DNA of 24,000 nucleotides from contig CAYSYM010000005.1 in the NCBI GenBank assembly GCA_964435115.1, forward strand, positions 68,224-92,223, written 5' to 3'. The notes beneath the pieces were generated by a model. That model ran no database searches. It saw nothing but the letters and a program-made list of their open reading frames with translations, and was not told where the DNA came from. The position numbers were made by a program, and so were the translations under genes. The stretch is from an uncultured Chloroflexota bacterium. GTDB lineage: Bacteria; Chloroflexota; UBA6077; CF-72. Positions 15,002 through 22,895 of this stretch are shown here, in pieces. Within the stretch, counting starts at the first letter, position 1, and the number at the start of each line of letters is the position of its first letter.

Positions 15002-16026
15002 CAACTGCCCCCGACGCCCGACACCCGACACCCGACACCCGACACCTGACCTACGCTGAGGCGCTGAACGAGGCGCTGCGCGAGGAGATGCGCCGCGATC
15101 CCACCGTCTTCGTCCTGGGCGAGGACGTGGCCATCTGGGGCGGCGGCGGCATCTTCGGCGTCACCAAGGGGCTGGTGGACGAGTTCGGCCCCGAGCGGGT
15201 GCGGGACACGCCCATCTCTGAGGAGGCGATCGCCGCGGTCGCCATCGGCGCGGCGGCGACCGGCAGTCGGCCGGTGGCGGAGATCATGTACGTGGACTTC
15301 ATCGGCCTGGCGATGGAGCCGATCGTCAACCAGGCCGCCAAGCTGCGCTACATGTTCGGCGGCAAGGCGAAGGTACCGATGGTGCTCCGCGCCCAGGAGG
15401 GCGCCGGCCGCGGCAACGCCGCCCAGCACAGCCAGAGCCTGGAGGCGTGGTTCTGCCACATCCCCGGCCTCAAGGTGGTCACGCCCAGCACCCCCTACGA
15501 CGCCAAGGGGCTGCTCAAGACCGCCGTCCGCGACGACAACCCGGTCATCTTCCTCGAGCACAAGGCGCTCTACTTCACCAAGGGGTCGGTGCCCACGGAG
15601 GAGTACACGCTCCCGCTCGGGCTGGCCGACGTGAAGCGCGAGGGCCGGCACGTCACCGTCGTCGGCGTCCACACCATGGTGGGCAAGGCGCTCCAGGCGG
15701 CCGAGCGGCTCGCCGCGGAGGGCATCGAGCTGGAGGTGATCGACCCGCGCTCCCTGGTGCCGCTGGACGAGGAGACGATTGTCAGCTCGGTCAGGAAGAC
15801 GGGCCGGCTGATCGTGAGCCACGAGGCGTACACGCGGGGCGGCTACGGCGGCGAGGTCATCGCCCGCGTCGTCGAGTCCGCCTTCGACTACCTGGACGCG
15901 CCGCCCGTGCGCGTGTGCGCCCGGGACGTGCCCGTGCCCTACAGTGCCGTACTGGAGACGGCGGCCCTGCCGCAGGTCGACGACCTCGTCGCCGCGGCCC
16001 GGGCGCTGGTGGGGAAGGAGCTGTAG
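14992..16026 (+). CDS. 2-oxoacid dehydrogenase E1 component, beta subunit
   Basis: Conserved body [28 protein letters not shown]... with transketolase-like pyrimidine-binding and C-terminal domains. The only canonical start upstream of the conserved region is ATG 14992 (GGAG 5 nt upstream). The first ~18 codons ([18 protein letters not shown]) are encoded by the cassette end and heptamer array C. Confidence 0.85.
   Translation: MAVATAPDARHPTPDTRHLTYAEALNEALREEMRRDPTVFVLGEDVAIWGGGGIFGVTKGLVDEFGPERVRDTPISEEAIAAVAIGAAATGSRPVAEIMYVDFIGLAMEPIVNQAAKLRYMFGGKAKVPMVLRAQEGAGRGNAAQHSQSLEAWFCHIPGLKVVTPSTPYDAKGLLKTAVRDDNPVIFLEHKALYFTKGSVPTEEYTLPLGLADVKREGRHVTVVGVHTMVGKALQAAERLAAEGIELEVIDPRSLVPLDEETIVSSVRKTGRLIVSHEAYTRGGYGGEVIARVVESAFDYLDAPPVRVCARDVPVPYSAVLETAALPQVDDLVAAARALVGKEL
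15011..15052 (-). repeat. tandem heptamer array C (CCGACAC orientation on + strand; 6 units, 42 bp, 4 perfect)
   Basis: Read directly: CCGACGC CCGACAC CCGACAC CCGACAC CCGACAC CTGACCT. It is the inverse orientation of arrays A and B and lies inside the E1beta ORF, translated as [14 protein letters not shown]. Confidence 0.95.
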
Positions 16027-16031
16027 CGTCC

Positions 16032-17603
16032 ATGGCGACGCCGGTGACGATGCCGATGCTCGGGCTGACGATGGAGGAGGGCACGGTTGCGCAGTGGCTG
16101 AAGGGCGAGGGCGAGGCGGTGCGGAAGGACGAGCCGCTCCTCACCGTCGAGATCGACAAGGGCACGGTCGAGGTGCCCGCGCCGGCGAGCGGCGTGCTGC
16201 GGCGGATCGTCGTCCAGCCCGGCCAGACGGTGCCGATCAAGACGCTCATCGCGGAGATCGCCGCGCCCGGCGAGGCGGGTGAAGGGGCGCCCGCGGGCCC
16301 GGCGTCTGTTCTGCAGCAGACGGCTCCGGCCGGGGTGGCCCCGGCGCCAGCGGTCCCGCCCGACACCGGCGCTCCGCCGAGCCCGGCGCAGGTGGCCGCC
16401 GCCACGGTCGCCTCCGCCCCGCCAGCCGCCACCGTGGCCCCGACACCCGATACCCGATACCCGGCACCCGAGACCCGGCTGTTCGCGTCGCCGCGGGCGC
16501 GCGGGCGCGCCGGCGCGCTGGGGATCGAGCTGGCGCTGGTCCAGGGGACCGGCCCGCGCGGACGCATCGTCGAGGAGGATGTGCTCGCCTTCGCCCAGGC
16601 GGCCCCGGCTCAGCCAGTGGGCCAGAGCCTGACGGCACGATTGGGCGCAGGTGGGGCCCACTTGCCGAGCGCCCTCGGGAGTCAGCGCGTAGCGCCTGGC
16701 GCCGAGCCGTCGCGGGTCCCGGCGACGCCGCTCGCCCGACGGATGGCGCTGGAGCACGGGGTGGCGTTGAGCGCGGTCCAGGGCACCGGTCCGGGTGGGC
16801 GCGTCACCCACGAGGACGTGCTGCGCGCGGCTGAGGCGCGCCTGGCGGGCACGGGCGCCGAGGCGGGGGCCACGGCCCCTGCGCCGGCACCCGAGACCCT
16901 GCACCCGGTCCCTGTCGAGCCGCTCAGCCGCCTGCGGCGGATCACCGCCGAGCGCATGGCCGCCTCGGCGCGCAGCGTGGCCCGGGTCACGCTGTTCCTC
17001 GAGGCGGACCTGACCGAGGCGGCCCGGTTCCGGCGCCAGCTCGCCCCCGAGCTCGCGCGGCTCGGCGTGGCGAAGCTGCCGTGGGACGCGCTCTTCGCCA
17101 AGGCGGCCGGCCTGGCGCTGGCCGAGCACCCGGGCGTGAACGCCCAGTGGGTCGACGGCCAGGGGCTGCGCCGGCTCGCCACGGTCAACGTGGGGGTGGC
17201 GGTGGCGCTGGAGCCCGAGGGGCTCGTGGTGCCGGTGCTGCGCCAGGCCGACACGCGGTCGCTGCGCGAGCTGGCGGCTGACGTCCTGGCGCTGGCGGAC
17301 CGGGCGCGGCACAATCGCCTGCGCCCGGGCGAGATGCAGGGGGCGACCTTCACCATCACCAACCTCGGCCAGTACCGCGTCGACGGCTTCACGCCGATCG
17401 TGAATCCGCCTGAGACGGCCATCCTGGGGGTCGGGCGCATCGCCGACAAGCCTGCCGTCGTCGACGGCCAGCTCCAGGTCCGCACCCAGTGCACGCTGTC
17501 GCTCAGCTTCGACCACCGGGTCGTGGACGGCGCGCCCGCCGCCGCCTTCCTCGCGCGCCTGGCCGAGCTGCTCGAGCGGCCGTACGCGCTCCTGGGGCTC
17601 TGA
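16032..17603 (+). CDS. 2-oxoacid dehydrogenase E2 (dihydrolipoamide acyltransferase)
   Basis: ATG 16032 follows AAGGAG. Lipoyl domain with TVEIDKGTVEVPAP (Lys codon 16158-16160). Two peripheral-subunit-binding-like segments. Catalytic domain ends with SLSFDHRVVDGA. The 718-aa track ORF from 15447 is an upstream out-of-gene extension. Confidence 0.9.
   Translation: MATPVTMPMLGLTMEEGTVAQWLKGEGEAVRKDEPLLTVEIDKGTVEVPAPASGVLRRIVVQPGQTVPIKTLIAEIAAPGEAGEGAPAGPASVLQQTAPAGVAPAPAVPPDTGAPPSPAQVAAATVASAPPAATVAPTPDTRYPAPETRLFASPRARGRAGALGIELALVQGTGPRGRIVEEDVLAFAQAAPAQPVGQSLTARLGAGGAHLPSALGSQRVAPGAEPSRVPATPLARRMALEHGVALSAVQGTGPGGRVTHEDVLRAAEARLAGTGAEAGATAPAPAPETLHPVPVEPLSRLRRITAERMAASARSVARVTLFLEADLTEAARFRRQLAPELARLGVAKLPWDALFAKAAGLALAEHPGVNAQWVDGQGLRRLATVNVGVAVALEPEGLVVPVLRQADTRSLRELAADVLALADRARHNRLRPGEMQGATFTITNLGQYRVDGFTPIVNPPETAILGVGRIADKPAVVDGQLQVRTQCTLSLSFDHRVVDGAPAAAFLARLAELLERPYALLGL
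16440..16481 (-). repeat. tandem heptamer array D (CCGACAC orientation; 6 degenerate units, 42 bp) inside the E2 linker
   Basis: Read directly: CCGACAC CCGATAC CCGATAC CCGGCAC CCGAGAC CCGGCTG. It is in frame and translated as PTPDTRYPAPETRL. Confidence 0.9.
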
Positions 17604-17823
17604 GCACTTCGCGTGTCCTGACGGGCGCCCGCCAGAGTCCTGGCAGCGCTCGTTCGGGGCCAGGCCGGCCTGCCTGGGCTTCCGGTGCTGGGCAGAAGCG
17701 GGTGGCTACGTGGGTCCCAGGCCCCGTCACAGCCCAGAGCGCCCACATTCTCCCACGAATCTGCCGCACACCCCGTCCTGACCCCCACCCGCCGGCGGGA
17801 CCGTTCCTCCTAACGGAACATCG

Positions 17824-17853
17824 TTCTCACGAGTGCCTGCGCGTCTGTATACT
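17824..17853 (+). promoter_or_regulatory. candidate sigma70-type promoter for the liv-type transporter operon
   Basis: TTCTCA (17824-17829), 18-nt spacer, TATACT (17848-17853), in the only clearly lower-GC stretch of the window and ~60 nt upstream of GTG 17915. Pattern match only. Confidence 0.3.
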
Positions 17854-17914
17854 GCGGGGGCGTGTCTGGACCGCGCTGTCCGGAGTCGCGTGCGAGAGAA
17901 GAAGGGGGTCCATC

Positions 17915-19285
17915 GTGGAACAGCACCCACCGCTCACGGGCGACGTCCTGAGCCGCCGCGCGCTGCTGCGGCTCCTCGCGCTCGGCGGCGCCGGCCTCGG
18001 GCTGGCTGCCTGCGCCGCTCCGGGCGCCCAGACCCAGCCGACCGCCGCGCCGGCCAAGCCCACCGCCCCGCCAGCGGCGGCCACCACAGCCCCGGCCGCT
18101 CAGCCGACGGTGGCCGCGGCCAAGCCCACCGCGGCGGCGGCCGCGAGCGAAGTCGTCATCGGCGCCCTCCACCCGCTCAGCGGCGCTCTGGCCCAGGACG
18201 GCACCTTCCTCAAGAACGGCATCGACCTGGCCGTCGAGGAGATCAACACCGCCGGGGGCCTCAAGGCGCTCGGCGGGGCCAGGTTCCGGGTCTCGCATGC
18301 CGATAGCCAGGGCAAGCCGGAGGTCGGGCAGAGCGAGACCGAGCGCTTGATCGGCGAGGGGGTGACGGCGCTGATCGGCACCTACCAGAGCGCCGTCACG
18401 CTCAACGCCACCCAGGTCGCTGAGCGCGAGAAGGTCCCGTTCGTGATCGACGTGACCGTCGCCAACAACATCCTGGAGCGCGGCTTCAAGTACACCTTCC
18501 GCGTCCAGCCCGACCAGACGCAGATGACGCTCGGCCTGCTGGAGGCGCTGCCGGAGCTGCGAGCCACCTCCGGCCAGCCTATCCGGCGGGTGGCGTTCCT
18601 TCACGAGAACTCGGTCTTCGGGACGGGCTTCGCCGACATCCTGAAACAGCTCGCCTCGCAGTATGACCTGGAGCTCGTGGGAACGGTCCCCTACGCGGTC
18701 CAGGGCCTCACCGACATCACGACGGAGCTGACGCGCGTCCAGGCGCTCAACCCGGATGTCGCCCTGGCCACGGGCTACCTGGCAGACGGCATCCTGATCG
18801 CCCGGACGGCCCGCGACCTCCAGCTCCGGCCGCCGCTGGTCGGCCTGGCCAACGGCGCGTTCAGCACGCAGCAGTTCGTCGACCAGGCGGGTCCGGCAGC
18901 TGAGTACGTGATGGACGCGAACTACCACTACGACGCGACCAAGGCCAGCGCCCGCCAGGTGCGCGATCGCTACCGGGCGAAGTTCGGCAGCGACATGCCA
19001 ACCCACGGCGTCATGGCCTACGAGGCCGTCTACATCCTGAAGGACGCGCTCGAGCGGGCCGGATCGACCGACCGCGCCAGGGTGCGGGATGCGCTCGCCG
19101 CGACCAGGTTCGCCGACCACATCCTGCCCTACCAGGGGCCGATCGAGTTCGACGAGAAGGGCCAGGCGAAGAACGCCCGGTCGATCCTGATGCAGGTCCA
19201 GCAGGGCAGGATTGTTCAGGTGGGCCCCGCGGCGTTCGCCGAGGCGAAGCCGATCTTCCCGCCCCCAGCGTGGGGCCAGCGCTGA
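17915..19285 (+). CDS. branched-chain-amino-acid-type ABC transporter substrate-binding lipoprotein (LivK/Peripla_BP_6 family)
   Basis: GTG 17915 lies 6 nt after AAGGGGG. Tat-like SRRALLRLL plus lipobox LAAC, then a Pro/Ala tether. The family-typical domain follows (VVIGALHPLSGALAQDGTFLKNGIDLAVEEINTAGG...). Confidence 0.85.
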   Translation: MEQHPPLTGDVLSRRALLRLLALGGAGLGLAACAAPGAQTQPTAAPAKPTAPPAAATTAPAAQPTVAAAKPTAAAAASEVVIGALHPLSGALAQDGTFLKNGIDLAVEEINTAGGLKALGGARFRVSHADSQGKPEVGQSETERLIGEGVTALIGTYQSAVTLNATQVAEREKVPFVIDVTVANNILERGFKYTFRVQPDQTQMTLGLLEALPELRATSGQPIRRVAFLHENSVFGTGFADILKQLASQYDLELVGTVPYAVQGLTDITTELTRVQALNPDVALATGYLADGILIARTARDLQLRPPLVGLANGAFSTQQFVDQAGPAAEYVMDANYHYDATKASARQVRDRYRAKFGSDMPTHGVMAYEAVYILKDALERAGSTDRARVRDALAATRFADHILPYQGPIEFDEKGQAKNARSILMQVQQGRIVQVGPAAFAEAKPIFPPPAWGQR

Positions 19286-19307
19286 GGCTTCGCCTCCCCT
19301 CCAGCAG

Positions 19308-20312
19308 GTGGCGGCGCGCGTAGGCCGGGGTGTGGCACGCATCAGCGGCCAGCGCCTGGGTGTCCTGGTCGGCCTGGCGGCGCTCGCGGCGGCGCTGGCG
19401 CTCCTGCAGGGCCCGGCCATCGCCGACTGGTACCGGCTGAACGCGCTCGTCGTGCGGCAGTCCCTCATTAGCGGGCTGCTGATCGGCGGTGTCTACAGCC
19501 TGGTGGCCATGGGCCTCACGCTGATCTTCGGCGTGCTGGGCATCATCAACTTCGCCCACGGCGCCTTGATGGCGCTGGGCATGTATATCACCTTCTTCGC
19601 CTTCGACCGGCTCGGCCTCGACCCGTTCCTCTCGCTCGGACTGTCCGTCCCGGCGCTCTTCCTGCTCGGGGCCGGCCTGCAGCGCGTCGTGATCCAGCGG
19701 ATGCAGGATGCCCCCGCGCACAACCAGCTCGTCCTGACCCTCGGCCTGGCGATCTTCCTGGAGAACTTCTACCTGGCCGCTTTCTCGGCGAACCCGCTCT
19801 CCGTGCGCACGGAGTACACCCAGGCGCGCCTGCTGCTCGGTGACGCCGTGGTCAGCCTGCCGCGGGTGTACGCCTTCCTGGCGGGCCTCCTCCTCGGTGG
19901 GCTGCTGTACGCGCTGCTCGCCTGGACCGACCTGGGCAAGGCGATCCGCGCGGCCGCGCAGGAGCGCGAGGGCGCCGCGCTGGTAGGCATCGACGTTCCG
20001 CGCATCCACCTGCTCACCTTTGGTCTGGGAGCGGCGGCGGCCGGAGCGGCGGGGTCGGTGATCATGCCGTTCTTCACCGTCGCCCCAACGACCGGCGAGA
20101 CGTTCAATATCACCGCGTTCGTCGTAGTCGTGCTGGGCGGGATGGGCAATGTCCTGGGCGCGCTGGTGGGTGGGCTAATCATCGGGCTCACCGAGGCGCT
20201 GGGGGCCGTGCTGCTGCCTGGCGCCTCCAAGCAGCTCGCCGTGTTCGTGGTCTTCGTGCTGGTGCTGCTGTTCCGACCCGAGGGCCTGTTCGGCGGGAAG
20301 CGCCGTGGCTGA
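19308..20312 (+). CDS. livH: branched-chain amino acid ABC transporter permease (LivH family)
   Basis: Family core SLISGLLIGGVYSLVAMGLTLIFGVLGIINFAHGALMALGMY. Start uncertain: GTG 19308, GTG 19332 or GTG 19452; none has a clear SD. Symbol is family-level only. Confidence 0.8.
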   Translation: MAARVGRGVARISGQRLGVLVGLAALAAALALLQGPAIADWYRLNALVVRQSLISGLLIGGVYSLVAMGLTLIFGVLGIINFAHGALMALGMYITFFAFDRLGLDPFLSLGLSVPALFLLGAGLQRVVIQRMQDAPAHNQLVLTLGLAIFLENFYLAAFSANPLSVRTEYTQARLLLGDAVVSLPRVYAFLAGLLLGGLLYALLAWTDLGKAIRAAAQEREGAALVGIDVPRIHLLTFGLGAAAAGAAGSVIMPFFTVAPTTGETFNITAFVVVVLGGMGNVLGALVGGLIIGLTEALGAVLLPGASKQLAVFVVFVLVLLFRPEGLFGGKRRG

Positions 20313-21396
20313 GCCGGCGGGTCGCTTGCGTCCGGAAGCGGCTCCAACCAGGGCCGGCGTGCGTGGCATCGGGCGCCGCCGGCCGCTCGCCAAGGCCGCG
20401 GTCGCGCCACTGGCGGTGGGGAGCAGCCTGGTGGCGCTCCTGGCCCTGCCCGGCGCGCTCAGCCAGTTCCAGCTCGGAGTGGTGATCCTGATCCTCTTCT
20501 GGTCGTACCTGGGGACCGCCTGGAACATCCTGGGCGGCTATGCCGGCCAGTTCTCGTTCGGCCACGCCGCCTTCTTCGGTATCGGTGCCTACACCTCCAC
20601 GTGGCTGCTGGTGGCGCGGGGCGTCAACCCGTGGATCGGGATGCTGGTGGGAGGTCTGCTGGCGATGGCTTTCGGGTTCTTCATCGCCTTCCTCACTGCG
20701 CGCTACGGCATCCGGGGGCCGTACTTCGCCCTGGCCACCTTCGCCTTCGCCGAGATGCTGCGGCTGGCCGCCAGCAACTGGGAGCTGATCAACGGGCCGC
20801 GCGGCCTGCAGATCTCCCTCATCGGCGGCGACTCGTGGCTCGCCTTCCAGTTCGAGACCGACAAGCGCCCCTACTACTACGTGATGCTGGGGCTGCTGCT
20901 GGGCGCGCTCGGCCTGACGACCGCTCTGGCGCGGAGCAAGGCGGGCTACTATTTCCAGGCGATCCGCGAGGACGAGGACGCCGCCGCGGCCCTGGGTGTG
21001 CCGACGCTGGGCTACAAGCTGCTCGCCACCGGCCTCAGCGCCTTCCTCACGGCGCTGGGCGGGACGTTCTACGCGCAGTACCTCTTCTTCATCGATCCGG
21101 GTCTCGTCTTCGGCGCGTCGGTGTCAGTGGAGATCCTGCTACGCCCCCTGCTCGGTGGGGCCGGCACGGTGCTCGGCCCGCTCGTCGGCGGGCTGATGCT
21201 GACGCCGCTCGCCGAGGTCACCCGCAGCGCGCTGCGCACCCCGCCGCCGTTCCTCGAGACCCTGCGGGGCCGCGCCGGCGTGGACGTGATGCTCTTCGGC
21301 GCCATCCTGATGCTCGTCGTCCTGTTCCTGCCCCAGGGGCTCGTCGGCTGGCTGCAGGTGCGTGGGCGGCGGCTGCTCCGCCGGGCGGCGGCTTGA
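20305..21396 (+). CDS. livM: branched-chain amino acid ABC transporter permease (LivM family)
   Basis: GTG 20305 overlaps the livH stop by 8 nt. Family core WNILGGYAGQFSFGHAAFFGIGAY. Symbol is family-level only. Confidence 0.8.
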   Translation: MAEPAGRLRPEAAPTRAGVRGIGRRRPLAKAAVAPLAVGSSLVALLALPGALSQFQLGVVILILFWSYLGTAWNILGGYAGQFSFGHAAFFGIGAYTSTWLLVARGVNPWIGMLVGGLLAMAFGFFIAFLTARYGIRGPYFALATFAFAEMLRLAASNWELINGPRGLQISLIGGDSWLAFQFETDKRPYYYVMLGLLLGALGLTTALARSKAGYYFQAIREDEDAAAALGVPTLGYKLLATGLSAFLTALGGTFYAQYLFFIDPGLVFGASVSVEILLRPLLGGAGTVLGPLVGGLMLTPLAEVTRSALRTPPPFLETLRGRAGVDVMLFGAILMLVVLFLPQGLVGWLQVRGRRLLRRAAA

Positions 21397-21410
21397 GGCG
21401 AGGGGCCGCG

Positions 21411-22128
21411 GTGGCGCTGCTCGAGCTGCACGGCGTCAGCCGCTGGTTCGGCGGCTTGCGGGCGGTCGACGACGTCAGCCTCGCGGTCGGCGAGGGCGAG
21501 ATCGTCGGCCTGATCGGGCCCAACGGCGCCGGCAAGACGACGCTCTTCAACGTCGTCAGCGGCTTCTACGCGCCCACCGCCGGGGAGGTCGTGTTCGGCG
21601 GACGGCGCATCGGCGGGCGGCGCCCGGACGTGGTGTGTGGGTTGGGCCTGGCCCGCACCTTCCAGCTCGTCAAGCCCTTCCCCCACCTGAGCGTGCTCGA
21701 GAACGTCATGGTGGGTGCCTTCAAACGCACCAGCCGCCGCGCCGAGGCCGAGGCCCGGGCCTGGGAGACCCTGGCGCTGGTCGGCCTGGAGGGGGTGGGC
21801 AGGCAGCCGGCGAGCCAGCTCACCCTGCCCAGCCGCAAGCGGCTGGAGGTCGCCCGAGCGCTGGCCACCCGGCCACGTCTGCTGCTGCTGGACGAGGTCA
21901 TGGCCGGCCTGACGCCGACGGAGACGGCGGCCCTGGTGGGTCTTACCAGGCAGCTCCGTGAGCACGGCATCACCATCCTGGTCATCGAGCACGTCATGCG
22001 AGCGATCATGGCGCTCTCGGACCGTGTCGCGGTGCTGCACCACGGCAAGCTGATCGCCGTGGGCGCGCCCGAGCAGGTGGCCAGGGACCCCGCCGTCGTC
22101 GAGGCGTACCTCGGGGAGGAGTTCCTCG

Positions 22129-22142
<14 letters not shown>
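21411..22142 (+). CDS. livG: ABC transporter ATP-binding protein (LivG family)
   Basis: Walker A GPNGAGKTT, LivG-type signature region PSRKRLEVARAL, Walker B LLLLDE. GTG 21411 is used; TTG 21393, overlapping the livM stop, is the alternative. Confidence 0.85.
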
Positions 22143-22836
<694 letters not shown>

Positions 22837-22895
22837 GACGATCCCGTCCGGGCGGGGCACGGCGAGGCGCGGGCTGCCGAGCCAGGAGCGCGCCT

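Larger units (their letters stand above)
14556..15045 (+). mobile_element. candidate inserted cassette: four-helix-bundle gene with 24-bp perfect inverted heptamer termini (hypothesis)
   Basis: 14556-14579 is the exact reverse complement of 15022-15045. The 490-bp unit sits exactly between E1alpha and the conserved start of E1beta (LTYAEAL...). No transposase and no obvious target-site duplication are seen, so mobility is inferred, not shown. Confidence 0.3.

Noticed and set aside
15447-16031. Upstream extension of the E2 ORF (718-aa track entry)
   Set aside because: It is out of frame with the E1beta coding sequence. The lipoyl domain starts exactly at ATG 16032, which has its own AAGGAG.
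14556-16481. Heptamer arrays as a CRISPR array
   Set aside because: Units are 7 nt and directly abutting with no spacers. No cas genes are present and the arrays partly lie inside ORFs.
7225-16481. Arrays A (+) and D (-) as inverted ends of a ~9.2-kb composite mobile element
   Set aside because: D lies in the middle of the E2 gene and A lies inside a transporter operon, so such an element would cut both units. No transposase or integrase is present. A dispersed repeat family explains this more simply.
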